Shown: in pieces, positions 1-10,731 of the stretch
Layout of the letters: every line of letters starts with the position of its first letter
How positions within the stretch are numbered: the stretch's first letter is position 1
Assembly: GCA_001801685.1 (NCBI GenBank)
Contig: MGYJ01000031.1
Coordinates: 7,909-71,908, forward strand
Length of the DNA stretch: 64,000 nucleotides
Direction: 5' to 3'
Source: Gammaproteobacteria bacterium RIFCSPHIGHO2_12_FULL_63_22
GTDB taxonomy: Bacteria; Pseudomonadota; Gammaproteobacteria; Xanthomonadales; Xanthomonadaceae
Position numbers and translations under genes: made by a program
Notes under the pieces: model-generated
The model's database searches: none
Told to the model about the DNA's origin: nothing
Seen by the model: the letters and a program-made list of their open reading frames with translations, nothing else

Positions 1-1
1 C

Positions 2-403
2 GAACTGTCGCGGTTCGCGTTTCCATTGCTCAGCCAGCACGCGGCATCGAGCATCGTCAACGTCGGCAGCGTGTCGGGCCTGACCCACGTTCGCACCGGC
101 GCGGTCTACGGCATGAGCAAGGCCGCACTGCACCAGCTGACCCGCAACCTCGCCTGCGAATGGGCCGAAGACGGCGTCCGCGTCAATGCGGTCGCGCCTT
201 GGTACATCCGCACGCGACGCACGTCGGATGCGTTGTCGCAGCCCGAATACTACGAGGAAGTCATCTCGCGTACTCCGATGCGGCGCATTGGCGAGCCCGA
301 AGAGGTCGCCTCAGCCGTCGCATTTCTCTGCCTGCCTGCGTCGAGTTACGTCACTGGCGAATGTATCGCTATCGACGGTGGGTTCCTTCGATACGGTTTT
401 TAG
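2..403 (+). CDS. SDR family oxidoreductase (tropinone reductase-like), 5' truncated by window edge
   Basis: Frame open from base 2; catalytic YxxxK (YGMSK), NAVAPW and [10 protein letters not shown]-terminal SDR motifs. Confidence 0.9.
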   Translation, partial: ELSRFAFPLLSQHAASSIVNVGSVSGLTHVRTGAVYGMSKAALHQLTRNLACEWAEDGVRVNAVAPWYIRTRRTSDALSQPEYYEEVISRTPMRRIGEPEEVASAVAFLCLPASSYVTGECIAIDGGFLRYGF

Positions 404-482
404 CCGCCGGGTTCCGAACGGAGCGTGTGCCGAGGTTTGGAGCAGAGCGTCCCATGGTTCTGGGTGGGGTGGTGGCCGGTGA

Positions 483-891
483 TCATTTTGAGTCGCCACA
501 CGGAATCGGCTTGGTCAAAATAATCCCCGGCCACCACCTACGCGCACCTGTGACCAACATCGCTTCAGTGCAACACCCTGCCGCACCCCCGCCAACGCAG
601 GTCGCCCGGCGCCGTCAGTCGCACTTCGTGCTTGGTGAGGACTGCCGGGCGATCCTGCGTTTGCAGGCAGTGTGCTTGGGCGTCGCTGCGCTCGCCGGAT
701 TTGACTGGCGAAAAAACGCAGGATCGGCCGCTTGTCCCCACCGAGCAAGCCTGCGAATGGGGCAGCGGGCGACCTGCGTTGGCGGGGGTATTGCAGGGTG
801 TTGCCGTGAAGTCTCAGACCGCGCAGGTCGTTGCGGGCGAGCGCCGGATTTCATTTTGACCAAGCCGATCCCGTGTGGCGACTCAAAATGA
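483..891. repeat. 409-bp element made of nested inverted repeats (MITE/REPIN-like)
   Basis: 483-521 vs 853-891 inverted 38/39 identical; 570-608 vs 766-804 inverted 36/39; 650-662 vs 714-726 inverted 13/13; intergenic between convergent genes. Confidence 0.85.
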
Positions 892-938
892 AAGCCGGCG
901 ATCGCCCCTCGCTAAAGTAAAGCTCTCGATCTTTGACC

Positions 939-1550
939 TTACGGACAACTCTCTTCGGTAATTTGAGTCAACCGTTCAAGCTCGGATTTGCGATACGCCG
1001 CCGTGTCGCTGAACGATCGCGTGACCGCCGAGACTGCGTCCTTGCGCATCACTTTCCAGCGCGCGCAGGCCGCGCTGTCCGACAGGCGTACGCAGCTGTC
1101 TTCCACCCAGCGACAACTCAACGCCTGCGCCGGCGTCAGGTTGTTGGGATACGGGTAGTAGAGGACGAGTGGCTCGCAGCGCGGATTAGGGTCGTAGCTT
1201 TCGCTGAAGCGCTCGATGCCGTCGTAACTCGTGCAGCGATACATCGGCGGCGGCGGGATCAATTCGCGGCGACGCACCGGCGCTGGCTCGTCGGGCAACG
1301 CATCGATCGGCGGAGCCAGCACGGGGATCGCCCTCGGCTTCGGCGGATCCTTCGGGCGGGTCATCTCGCGCGATTCCGACTGGCTGCCCTTGGGGCAGGG
1401 CTCGTCCTGCAATGTCACTCGCCCCTTGGCGTCGGTGCAGCGATGCACGAGCACGGTTTCGACCGGCGATGCCGGCGTTGCCGGAGGCGTCTTGGGTGCA
1501 GCGCCAGCGGTCGATAAAACCGCTAAGCTGAGGGCGATCCACGTCTTCAT
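939..1550 (-). CDS. DUF4124-like secreted protein
   Basis: Signal peptide, HRCTDAKGRVTLQDEPC motif, Pro-rich linker, Cys-rich C-terminus. Confidence 0.7.
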   Translation of the reverse strand: MKTWIALSLAVLSTAGAAPKTPPATPASPVETVLVHRCTDAKGRVTLQDEPCPKGSQSESREMTRPKDPPKPRAIPVLAPPIDALPDEPAPVRRRELIPPPPMYRCTSYDGIERFSESYDPNPRCEPLVLYYPYPNNLTPAQALSCRWVEDSCVRLSDSAACARWKVMRKDAVSAVTRSFSDTAAYRKSELERLTQITEESCP

Positions 1551-1667
1551 GCCGGGCATTGTGCGACTGCCCGGGCGCTACCGCCAGTTGGAGTCCGCGC
1601 TGATCCATTTGGCGTTCATTGTTGTGACGATGCCGACCCACCGACCCATGCCGGAGCCTGTCCACCG

Positions 1668-3218
1668 ATGATCAATATCGCCAGCAACCTCGTCCGCAAC
1701 GCCCGGCTGTTTCCGGACAAGATCGCCGTGCATGCCGGGGCGCAGTCGCTCACCTACGCGCAGCTCGATGCCGCCGCCAACCAGCTCGCGAATGGCTTGC
1801 GCGGCCTGGACATACGGCCCAACGACAAGGTCGCGTTGAGTTGCCCGAACCTGGCGTACTTCCCGATCGCCTACTACGGCATCCTGAAGGTCGCGGCCGT
1901 GGTGGTGCCGATCAACATCCTGCTCAAGGCGCCGGAAATCGCCTACCACCTCGATGATTCGGATGCGCGCGTGTACCTGTGCTTCGAAGGCAGCGCCGAG
2001 TTGCCGATGGGCCAGGAAGGCTGGGATGCCTTCAACCGTACCGCGTCCTGCGAGCACTTTTTCCTGATGACGGCCAATCCGTCCGCGCCATCGCCCATCG
2101 AAGGCAGCAAGACCCTGGTGCAGCTGATGCACGGCCAGTCCGGCACCGGCGACACCGCGCACACGGCCGCCGACGACACGGCCGTCATCCTGTACACCTC
2201 CGGCACGACCGGCACGCCCAAGGGCGCCGAGCTTTCGCATTCCAACCTGGCGATGAATTCGATGTGCTGCGTGGCGCTGACCAAGCTCGACAGCAGCGAC
2301 GTGCAGTTGATCGCCTTGCCCCTGTTCCATACCTTCGGCCAGACCGTGCAGATGAATGCCGTGGTCGCCACCGGCGCGGCGATGGTGTTGATGATCCGCT
2401 TCGAGCCCGATGCCGTGTTCGAGGCGATGGCGCGTTACGGCGTGACGGTTTTCTGCGGCGTGCCGACCATGTTCATCGGCCTGGTCAATTCACCCAATGC
2501 TGCTGAAAAGCACGACCTCAAGGCAATCGCCTCGCGGCTGCGCCTTGGCGTTTCCGGCGGCGCGCCGATGCCGGTGGCGGTGTTGCGCCAGTTCGAGAAG
2601 AACTTCGGCGTGATCATCCTGGAAGGTTTCGGACTGTCGGAAACCAGCCCGGTCGCGACCTTCAACCATCTTGATTCCGAACGCATCCCGGGCAGCATCG
2701 GCCAGGCCATCGTCGGCGTGGAAGTCGCCATCTTCAACGACGCGGATGAAGCCGTGGCCGATGGCGAGGACGGCGAAATCGTGGTGCGCGGGCACAACGT
2801 GATGAAGGGCTATTACAAGCGGCCCGAGGCGACGGCGCAGGCGATCCGCAATGGCTGGTTCCACACCGGCGACATCGGCCGGCGCGACGCCAATGGAAAT
2901 TTCTTCGTGGTGGACCGGATCAAGGACATGGTGATCCGCGGCGGCTTCAACGTGTATCCGCGCGAGATCGAGGAAGTGCTGATGACGCATCCGGCCATCG
3001 CGCTGGTGGCGGTGATCGGCGTGCCGCACCCGGTGCATGGCGAGGAGATCAAGGCGGTGGCGGTGCTGCGCCCGGGCCATTCGCTGGCACCCGACGAACT
3101 GGTTGACTGGTGCCGCGAGCGCATGGCCGCCTTCAAGTACCCGCGCATCGTCGAAATCGTGGATGCGTTGCCGATGACGGCGACGGGCAAGATCCTCAAG
3201 CGGGCCTTGCGCCGGTGA
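1668..3218 (+). CDS. Long-chain fatty acid-CoA ligase (AMP-binding family)
   Basis: YTSGTTGTPKG, EGFGLSET, WFHTGD and TGKILKR adenylation motifs. Confidence 0.92.
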   Translation: MINIASNLVRNARLFPDKIAVHAGAQSLTYAQLDAAANQLANGLRGLDIRPNDKVALSCPNLAYFPIAYYGILKVAAVVVPINILLKAPEIAYHLDDSDARVYLCFEGSAELPMGQEGWDAFNRTASCEHFFLMTANPSAPSPIEGSKTLVQLMHGQSGTGDTAHTAADDTAVILYTSGTTGTPKGAELSHSNLAMNSMCCVALTKLDSSDVQLIALPLFHTFGQTVQMNAVVATGAAMVLMIRFEPDAVFEAMARYGVTVFCGVPTMFIGLVNSPNAAEKHDLKAIASRLRLGVSGGAPMPVAVLRQFEKNFGVIILEGFGLSETSPVATFNHLDSERIPGSIGQAIVGVEVAIFNDADEAVADGEDGEIVVRGHNVMKGYYKRPEATAQAIRNGWFHTGDIGRRDANGNFFVVDRIKDMVIRGGFNVYPREIEEVLMTHPAIALVAVIGVPHPVHGEEIKAVAVLRPGHSLAPDELVDWCRERMAAFKYPRIVEIVDALPMTATGKILKRALRR

Positions 3219-4821
3219 TCGCGAGCGCGACGGCTTCGGCGACCTTGATGCCGTCCACGCCGGCGGACAGGATGCCGCCGGCATAACCCGCGCCTTCACC
3301 GGCCGGATACAGGCCGCGCACGTTGATGCTCTGGCAATCGTCGCCGCGCCGGATGCGCAGGGGCGATGAGGTACGCGTTTCGACGCCGGTGAGCAGCGCG
3401 TCATCCATGGCGAAGCCGCGGATCTGCTTGTCGAAGGCGGGCAGCGCCTCACGGATCGCCTCGATGGCGTAGGCGGGCAGGCAACCGTCGAGTTCGCCCA
3501 GGCGAACGCCCGGCGTGTACGAATTGAGCACCGAGCCCAGGTGCGAGGAAGGGCGGTGTGCGAGGAAGTCGCCGACCCGCTGCGCAGGCGCATCGTAATT
3601 GCCGCCGCCGGCTTCATACGCGCGCGATTCCCAATAGCGCTGCAATGCGATGCCGGCCAGCGGCCCGCCTTCCGGCGCATGCGCCAGGTAATCTTCCGGC
3701 GAGATGCCGACCACAATGCCGGCATTCGCGTTGCGCTCGTTTCGCGAGTACTGGCTCATGCCGTTGGTGACCACGCGGCCGGGTTCGGATGCCGCAGCGA
3801 CCACGGTGCCGCCCGGGCACATGCAGAAGCTGTAGACCGATCGGCCGTTGCGGCAGTGGTGCACCAGTTTGTAGTCGGCCGCGCCCAGCAGCGGGTGCCC
3901 GGCCTGCGGCCCGAACCGGCGTTCGTCGATCAGCGATTGCGGATGCTCGATGCGGAAACCGATCGAAAACGGCTTCGCTTCCATGAACACGCCGCGCGCA
4001 TGCAACATCTCGAAGGTATCGCGCGCACTGTGTCCGACTGCCAGCACGACGTGGTCGGCGCGGATGGTTTCGCCGCTGGCGAGTGTCAGGCCGCGAACAT
4101 GCCCGTCCTCGATGCGGATGTCGTCCACCCGGCTGCTGAAACGGATTTCCCCGCCGAGGCCCTGGATGGTCGCACGCATGTGCTCGACCATCGTCACCAG
4201 GCGGAAAGTGCCGATGTGCGGCTTGTTGACGGTGAGGATTTCCTCGGGCGCGCCGGCCTTCACGAATTCGGTCAGCACCTTGCGGCCGTGGTGTTTTGGA
4301 TCCTTGATCTGGCTGTACAGCTTGCCGTCCGAAAACGTGCCGGCGCCGCCTTCGCCGAACTGCACGTTCGACTCCGGGTCGAGCACGCGCCTGCGCCACA
4401 GGCCGAACGTGTCCACGGTGCGTTCGCGCACGGCCTTGCCGCGTTCGAGGATGATGGGCCGAAAGCCCATCTGCGCCAGCAGCAGCCCGGCGAACAGGCC
4501 GCAGGGGCCGGTGCCGATGACCACCGGGCGCAACGCGAGTTCCGGTGGCGCGCTGGCGACCGGGTGGTAGCTGGTGTCCGGGCGGGGACTGACGTGCGTA
4601 TCGCCTTCGAAGCGCGCGAGTAGCGCGTCTGCGTCGAGCACATCGACGTCGAGCGAATAGATCAGCGTGATGGCGCCGCGTTTGCGCGCATCGTAGCTGC
4701 GCTTGTAGATGGTGAAGCCGCGCAGATCGTCGTCGAGGATGCCGAGGCGAGCAAGGACCGCCGCCCGAAGTGCTTCGGGCGGATGGTCGAGCGGCAGTTT
4801 CAGATCGGTGAGTCGCAGCAA
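3196..4821 (-). CDS. Uncharacterised NAD(P)/FAD-dependent oxidoreductase
   Basis: VIGTGPCG dinucleotide fold, GEGGAGTFSDGKL, GEGAGYAGGI; TTG start. Confidence 0.88.
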   Translation of the reverse strand: MLRLTDLKLPLDHPPEALRAAVLARLGILDDDLRGFTIYKRSYDARKRGAITLIYSLDVDVLDADALLARFEGDTHVSPRPDTSYHPVASAPPELALRPVVIGTGPCGLFAGLLLAQMGFRPIILERGKAVRERTVDTFGLWRRRVLDPESNVQFGEGGAGTFSDGKLYSQIKDPKHHGRKVLTEFVKAGAPEEILTVNKPHIGTFRLVTMVEHMRATIQGLGGEIRFSSRVDDIRIEDGHVRGLTLASGETIRADHVVLAVGHSARDTFEMLHARGVFMEAKPFSIGFRIEHPQSLIDERRFGPQAGHPLLGAADYKLVHHCRNGRSVYSFCMCPGGTVVAAASEPGRVVTNGMSQYSRNERNANAGIVVGISPEDYLAHAPEGGPLAGIALQRYWESRAYEAGGGNYDAPAQRVGDFLAHRPSSHLGSVLNSYTPGVRLGELDGCLPAYAIEAIREALPAFDKQIRGFAMDDALLTGVETRTSSPLRIRRGDDCQSINVRGLYPAGEGAGYAGGILSAGVDGIKVAEAVALAITGARPA

Positions 4822-4852
4822 GCGATGTCGGCGCTAGCCGCCCCGTGTCAGG

Positions 4853-7486
4853 TCAGGCGATGCTTCGCGACGCCGCGGAGGGCTTCTTCGCCGCGGGTTT
4901 GGCCGCTGCGGATTTGCCCGCGGCGACCTTCTTCGTGGCCTTGCGCACGACGGCTTTTTTCGGCGCGGCGCTGCCTGCCGCCTTGCTTGCCGCCTTCTTC
5001 GCCGGCGCCGTGCCGGTGGCGGCCTTCTTCGTCGCAGACTTCTTGGCAGCCGACTTTTTCGTGGCCTTCTTCGCAGCTTTTTTCGTGGCCTTCTTCGCGA
5101 CTGCTTTCTTCACCGGCGCTGCAGCGCCATTGCCGTCGGCCGCCTTGGCAGCCTTCTTGGCTGGCGCTTTCTTCGCCACGACTTTCTTGCCGAATCGTCC
5201 CCGTTGCGGACGCACCGGTGCGGCCAACAGGATCGCTTCGCATTCTTCCTGGGTCAGCGTCTTGGGATCGCGATCCTTCGGAATCTTGCCGTTCTTCTCG
5301 CCGTCGGTGATGTAGGCGCCGTACTTGCCGTTGAGCACCTGGATCTCGGTGCCCGGAAAAGCCTTGATCAGGCGATTGGCGATCATTTCCTCGCGGGCAC
5401 GAATCAATTCGGCGGCGCGCTCGTACTCGATCTTGTACGGATCATCTTCCTTGCCCAGCGAGGCATAGGTTTCGCCACGCTTGGCAAACGGGCCGAAGCG
5501 GCCGATCGCGACGGTCAGGTCCTTGCCGTCCAACTGGCCGACCACGCGCGGCAGTGTGAACAGCTTCAGCGCCTCGTCGAGTGAAATCGTGTAGATGCTT
5601 TGCCCGGCCCGCAAGGATGCGAAGCGCGGCTTGATCTCGTCGTCGGGGCCGCCGATCTGCGCGATCGGTCCGAACTTGCCCAGGCGAACGATGACAGGGC
5701 GACCCGAGTCGGGGTCGGTGCCCAAGGGGCGATCGCCACCGGGACGTTCGACGTCGCCGGCATCTTCGATGGCCTTCTTGAACGGGCCCCAGAATTTCTC
5801 GAGCAGCGGCACCCAGTCTTCCTCGCCACGCGACACCGCATCGAGCTCGTCCTCGAGCTTGGCAGTGAAGTCGTAGTCGACGTAGCGCATGAACTGCCCG
5901 GTCAGGAAGTTGATGACCGCGCGGCCCACGTCGCTGGGACGGAAGCGTTTGTTGTCGAGCTGCACGTAATCACGGAACAACAGCACCTGGATGATGCTGG
6001 CGTAGGTTGACGGACGGCCGATGCCAAATTCTTCCAGCGCCTTCACCAGGGATGCTTCCGAGAAGCGCGGCGGCGGCTCGGTGAAATGCTGGTCGGTGTG
6101 GATGGCGGTCAGCGGGATGTTCTGGCCAAGCTTCATCAGCGGCAGCTTGCGGCCTTCGTCCTCATCCTCGGCGGCCTTGGTGTCCTTGCCTTCTTCATAG
6201 ACGGCCAGGAAACCCGGGTCGAGCACGGTGGTGCCACTGGCGCGAAAGCTGTGCTCGCTGCCGGCGGCCAACTCGACCGACACGGTATTCAATGTGGCCG
6301 GTACCATCTGCGATGCCACGGCGCGCTTCCACACCAGTTCATACAGGCGACGTTCGTCATCGCCGAGGAATTTGGCAACGCTCGCGGGTGTACGCAGGGC
6401 CGACGTCGGCCGGATCGCCTCATGCGCTTCCTGCGCATTCTTCGATTTGGTCTTGTACACGTTCGGTTTGTCCGGCACCGCCTGGGTGCCGAAGTCGCGG
6501 GCGATCACGTCGCGCAGTTCCGCCAGTGCTTCGTCGGAGATATGCGTGGAGTCGGTACGCATATAGCTGATCAGGCCGACGGTTCCCTCATCGCCCAGTG
6601 CGAAACCTTCATACAGTTTCTGCGCGATGCGCATGGTGCGGCTGGTGGTGAAGCCGAGCTTGCGCGCGGCCTCTTGCTGCAGGGTGGAGGTGATGAACGG
6701 CGGCGAGGGGCGACGCTTGCGCTCCTTGCTGGTCACATCGGTAACGTGCAACGCATCGCCAGCGGCCTTGGTGACGCGGGCACGCGCCGCCTCGGCCGAC
6801 TTGCCGTCGGTCACGGTGAATTGTTCGAATTTCTGGCCGTCGAGTTTTACCAGGCGCGCGGTGAAGGCCTGCTGCGGATGCGCCAGCTCGGCTTCCATCG
6901 ACCAGTATTCGCGCGGGATGAAGGCTTCGATCTCTTCTTCGCGTTCGACGATCATGCGCAGCGCCGGCGATTGCACGCGGCCCGCGGACAGGCCGCGCTG
7001 CACTTTCCGCCACAGCACCGGCGACAGGTTGAAGCCGACCAGGTAGTCCAGCGCGCGGCGCGCCTGCTGGGCATCGACCAGGTTGCCGGCGATCTTGCGC
7101 GGATGGTCCACGGCTTCGCGGATGGCGCGCGGCGTGATTTCAGTGAATACCACCCGGTGCACGGCCTTGTCCTTGAGCAGCCCGCGCTCCTTCAGGATCT
7201 CGGCGATATGCCAGCTGATCGCCTCGCCTTCGCGGTCCGGGTCAGTCGCCAGGTAGATGGCCTCCGCACCCTTGGCCGCCTTGGACAGGGCCTCGACATG
7301 CTTTTCGTTCTTCTCGATCAGCTCGTAGCGCATCGCGAAGTTGCGGTCGGGGTCGACCGCCCCCTCCTTGGGCACCAGGTCGCGGACGTGGCCGTAGGAC
7401 GCCAGGACGGTGAAGTCCTTGCCCAGGTACTTGTTGATCGTCTTGGCCTTGGCGGGCGATTCGACGATAAGCAGGTTTTTGGCCAT
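4853..7486 (-). CDS. topA: DNA topoisomerase I with Lys/Ala-rich C-terminal tail
   Basis: IVESPAK, ATDPDREGE Toprim, SAGRVQS, ISYMRTDS active-site Tyr. Confidence 0.97.
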   Translation of the reverse strand: MAKNLLIVESPAKAKTINKYLGKDFTVLASYGHVRDLVPKEGAVDPDRNFAMRYELIEKNEKHVEALSKAAKGAEAIYLATDPDREGEAISWHIAEILKERGLLKDKAVHRVVFTEITPRAIREAVDHPRKIAGNLVDAQQARRALDYLVGFNLSPVLWRKVQRGLSAGRVQSPALRMIVEREEEIEAFIPREYWSMEAELAHPQQAFTARLVKLDGQKFEQFTVTDGKSAEAARARVTKAAGDALHVTDVTSKERKRRPSPPFITSTLQQEAARKLGFTTSRTMRIAQKLYEGFALGDEGTVGLISYMRTDSTHISDEALAELRDVIARDFGTQAVPDKPNVYKTKSKNAQEAHEAIRPTSALRTPASVAKFLGDDERRLYELVWKRAVASQMVPATLNTVSVELAAGSEHSFRASGTTVLDPGFLAVYEEGKDTKAAEDEDEGRKLPLMKLGQNIPLTAIHTDQHFTEPPPRFSEASLVKALEEFGIGRPSTYASIIQVLLFRDYVQLDNKRFRPSDVGRAVINFLTGQFMRYVDYDFTAKLEDELDAVSRGEEDWVPLLEKFWGPFKKAIEDAGDVERPGGDRPLGTDPDSGRPVIVRLGKFGPIAQIGGPDDEIKPRFASLRAGQSIYTISLDEALKLFTLPRVVGQLDGKDLTVAIGRFGPFAKRGETYASLGKEDDPYKIEYERAAELIRAREEMIANRLIKAFPGTEIQVLNGKYGAYITDGEKNGKIPKDRDPKTLTQEECEAILLAAPVRPQRGRFGKKVVAKKAPAKKAAKAADGNGAAAPVKKAVAKKATKKAAKKATKKSAAKKSATKKAATGTAPAKKAASKAAGSAAPKKAVVRKATKKVAAGKSAAAKPAAKKPSAASRSIA

Positions 7487-7529
7487 GTACTGCGGATGCT
7501 CCGGCGGGGGATGTGAACAGGGGGCGTAG

Positions 7530-7566
7530 AAGGAAAAGCCCGCGAGTGCGCGGGCTTCCCTTTTTT
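7530..7566. terminator. Intrinsic terminator, probably bidirectional
   Basis: 9-bp stem AAGCCCGCG/CGCGGGCTT with 4-nt loop, T run on the right and A-rich run on the left. Confidence 0.7.
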
Positions 7567-7707
7567 ATTAAGTGGGCCTGATGGCCGAGGCTGTCAAGCG
7601 TTGTCGCCGAACCCGGCGTATCAGAAGCGGATGAGATTACGGCACAGTCGAGAGGCGGATTGCGCGGCGCGAGGGGGCAGAGGGGGCGATTTCAAAGACT
7701 CTTGAGG

Positions 7708-8181
7708 CTAATTAATGGGCTCCGGGTCATCCCCGAACATCTGGTTTTCCATCCAGGCAAAGGCCGCCTCGGCCCCCGGCTGGTTGAACAGGACCATCAA
7801 CACGACCCACTTCAGGTCGTCCAGGTCCACTTCTTCCTGGTCCAGGGCCATGGCGCGGTCCAGCGCCAGTTCGCGCTGGTCGGCATCGAGCACGCCGTTC
7901 TGTTCGAGGAACATCAGGAAGCCCAGGCACTCGCGGTCCAACCGGTCCAGCTCGGCTTCCACGTACACGCGGACCGGTCCGTTGGCGCGCGGATTGGCCA
8001 GCGTCGGGCGCTGGTTGGCCAGCTCTTCGAGCCAGTCAAAGGCTTTGCTGATTTCCGTGGGGCTGAAGCCGGCCTGGATCAGGCCGTGCTGGAGAGAGTC
8101 GCGATCGCGGACGGCGTCGGGGTCGTCGTAGAAGTAGTTTTCGAACAGGTAGAGCAGGACGTCGAGTATGGTTTCTTTCAT
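7708..8181 (-). CDS. smg: Smg / DUF494 family protein
   Basis: [12 protein letters not shown] start, [11 protein letters not shown] end; downstream of dprA. Confidence 0.92.
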   Translation of the reverse strand: MKETILDVLLYLFENYFYDDPDAVRDRDSLQHGLIQAGFSPTEISKAFDWLEELANQRPTLANPRANGPVRVYVEAELDRLDRECLGFLMFLEQNGVLDADQRELALDRAMALDQEEVDLDDLKWVVLMVLFNQPGAEAAFAWMENQMFGDDPEPIN

Positions 8182-8223
8182 CACCCTTCCGCTTGCGCCG
8201 AACGTCGGCGCGCCGAGAAAAGT

Positions 8224-9378
8224 TCAGGAACGACGGCTGAAGCGACCGTGTGCGGCACTGATCATCCCGTCGAGTTCCATGGCTAGCAGCATGGCCGACA
8301 GGGGTCCGAGCGTCAATCCCGTACGTTGTGACAGTTGGTCCAGATTCACAGGGTCGTGGCCGATGGCTGAGAGTAGATTTTGTTCATCGCTTCTGGATAT
8401 GGAGACGCCACGGCCGCCGAACAAGGCACCTTGCCGACCGGCCTTGCCTGCCGGCGACTGAATCGATTCCGTCGGCTCGCGCAAGCGACCGCGCAGCGCC
8501 GACGCCAGTGATTCCGCCAGGGGTGCGAGCGCCTCGATGACCTCCCCGGGCGTTTCGGCCAGGCCGACGCCCTCGCGGATGAGGCGGTGGCAACCGCGCG
8601 CCATCGGGTTGTGGATGGAGCCCGGCAACGCGAAGACCTCGCGGCCCGATTCGGCGGCCAGGCGCGCGGTGATGAGGGCGCCCGAGCGCATCGCGGCTTC
8701 GATGACGACGGTGCCGAGCGACAGCCCGGCCACCAGCCGGTTGCGCGAGGGGAAGTGCTGCTTGAGTCCGGCGGTGCCGGGCGGATGCTCGGTGACCACT
8801 GCGCCGGTTTCGACGATGCGGGCAAGGAGGTCGGCATTGCCGGGCGGATAACACTGGTCGGGGCCCGTGCCGAGCACGGCGAGTGTGCGCGAGGTTTCCA
8901 GGGCGCCCAGGTGGGCGGCGCTGTCCACGCCCTTGGCGAGGCCGCTGGTCACCGCGAACCCGGCACGCCCGAAGGCGCGCGCGAATTGCCGAGCGTTGTC
9001 GCGGCCGCCCTCGCTGGGTCGGCGGCTGCCAACCACCGCCACCTGCGGATGCCAGAGCAGGTCAGGATCGCCGGCGACGAACAGCGCGGCCGGCGGATGC
9101 ACGCCGCTGCGCAGCAGTCCGGGGTAGTCGGGGCTGTGCCAGCCAAGGAGATGGTGGCGAGGCGAGGCCTGCAGCCAGCGCAGGTCGGACGCGAGCACAC
9201 GCAGGTCTGGTGACTGCAGCGCGGCACAGGCGCCGGGCCCGATGCCCGCCCCGCGCCAGACATCCGCTCCGGCATCGAGCGCGGCGGTCGGCCCGCCGAA
9301 GCTGTCGAGCAATCGCCGCAGCGCGCCGGCAGCAGCCCCGCTTCGGATCAGTATCAGTAGTGCGGGCGCGTCTTCCAT
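8224..9378 (-). CDS. dprA: DNA-processing protein DprA
   Basis: VVGSR, SGLAKGVD, FPSRNRLVAGLS, SGALITA, PGSIHNP motifs. Confidence 0.95.
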   Translation of the reverse strand: MEDAPALLILIRSGAAAGALRRLLDSFGGPTAALDAGADVWRGAGIGPGACAALQSPDLRVLASDLRWLQASPRHHLLGWHSPDYPGLLRSGVHPPAALFVAGDPDLLWHPQVAVVGSRRPSEGGRDNARQFARAFGRAGFAVTSGLAKGVDSAAHLGALETSRTLAVLGTGPDQCYPPGNADLLARIVETGAVVTEHPPGTAGLKQHFPSRNRLVAGLSLGTVVIEAAMRSGALITARLAAESGREVFALPGSIHNPMARGCHRLIREGVGLAETPGEVIEALAPLAESLASALRGRLREPTESIQSPAGKAGRQGALFGGRGVSISRSDEQNLLSAIGHDPVNLDQLSQRTGLTLGPLSAMLLAMELDGMISAAHGRFSRRS

Positions 9379-9464
9379 GGCCCACAAATGATCGCGGCGC
9401 CCGAGGGCGCCGCGAAGTCATCGATAACTGTAATCACCCGTAGGAAAACCCGTCGGGTGGATCC

Positions 9465-10601
9465 TTACTGGGTGGCGTCCGGGTGCTTGAGCTTGTCGCC
9501 GACGCGGGCCGGGCGAATCGCATCCATCACCAGGCCGTAGCTGACCTTGTCGAAGGTGCGGAACACCATCACGTGGCCGAGGAAATCGTCGGGCATCTGC
9601 ACCCGGTCGCTGTTTTGTGCGATCGGATTGCGGTTGCGCACGATGTCCGGACGGTTCGCGCCGCCATGCCACATCGAAAACACGGTCCCGTTGTCCACGC
9701 CACTGCTGCTGCCGACATTCAGGGCAATCACCATGCGCGGGCCGGAGAACATCAGGCCATCGGCCACCGCCAGGATCTGCGCGCCTTCCGGAATGGATGG
9801 GGCGGCATGCGGCATGAAGCAGTTGCAGTACGGACGGTCTTCAACCGGCAGCACGCGATCGCCGACATGGACCTCGCGGTTCTCGTCGCGCAAGAGCACG
9901 ACAGCCACTTCACCCTGGACGCGGGTAACTTCGCCGATCGAGTGCAGCATCAGCTCGTAACCCAGCTTGTCGTCGCCGTAGCCTTCGAACGGCGCGTCGC
10001 CGTAGCTCCAGTGCGAGTGCAGCTTGTCGGCGCGGAAGTCGACGGGCGTGGAACCGCCGAGGCGGCGACCGTTCTTCATCTTGCCCATGGCGTAGTAGCT
10101 GACCGGACGCGCGATCTGCACCATCTGCCCGGGCGTGGCGCCGGACATGCCGCGGACATACACGACCTGGCCGGAGCTGGTCATCAGCCGGTCTTCTTCA
10201 AGACCGACCACGTACGGGAAGGACTTCGGGTCCTGCACGACGGTCAATTGCTTGAGCCAGGGCTCGATCTGCGAGAGCGGAATCGTCTCGATCGCCGGGC
10301 CAGTGCGGATCTGCGGAGCCGGGCCGTTGTCGCTGGTGATGCGTGGCTCGCCGTTCACGTAGACCAGGCTGAGCACGTCACCGGGATAGATCAGGTGCGG
10401 ATTCTTCACCTGCGGGTTCGCCTGCCAGATTTCCGGCCACAGCCAGGGCTTGGACAGGAATCGCGCCGAGATATCCCAGAGCGTGTCGCCCTTTTGCACG
10501 GTGTAAGTGGACGGATGGTCCTCGCGCAGCTCTGCCGCGAAGGCAAAGGTGGCGAGGGTGAGAAACATGGCAGTCGTAACTGCAAGAAGCCGTTTAAGCA
10601 T
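9465..10601 (-). CDS. LysM peptidoglycan-binding protein
   Basis: Signal peptide, YTVQKGDTLWDIS LysM, NPHLIYPGD; conserved position beside def. Confidence 0.92.
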   Translation of the reverse strand: MLKRLLAVTTAMFLTLATFAFAAELREDHPSTYTVQKGDTLWDISARFLSKPWLWPEIWQANPQVKNPHLIYPGDVLSLVYVNGEPRITSDNGPAPQIRTGPAIETIPLSQIEPWLKQLTVVQDPKSFPYVVGLEEDRLMTSSGQVVYVRGMSGATPGQMVQIARPVSYYAMGKMKNGRRLGGSTPVDFRADKLHSHWSYGDAPFEGYGDDKLGYELMLHSIGEVTRVQGEVAVVLLRDENREVHVGDRVLPVEDRPYCNCFMPHAAPSIPEGAQILAVADGLMFSGPRMVIALNVGSSSGVDNGTVFSMWHGGANRPDIVRNRNPIAQNSDRVQMPDDFLGHVMVFRTFDKVSYGLVMDAIRPARVGDKLKHPDATQ

Positions 10602-10731
10602 GGCTGCTATCCACCTGATTCCCCAAGACAAGTAGGGTCAATATAGCCCAAATCCGGGAGCAGATTGCAAGCGGTGGGGATACAATACGATCCAGACCCC
10701 CGTATCCCGCATCGCGGCCCCGAGATCCACC

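Noticed and set aside
160-891. 243-aa ORF over the inverted-repeat element
   Set aside because: Overlaps the SDR gene out of frame, no transposase or other motif; likely a GC-rich shadow ORF
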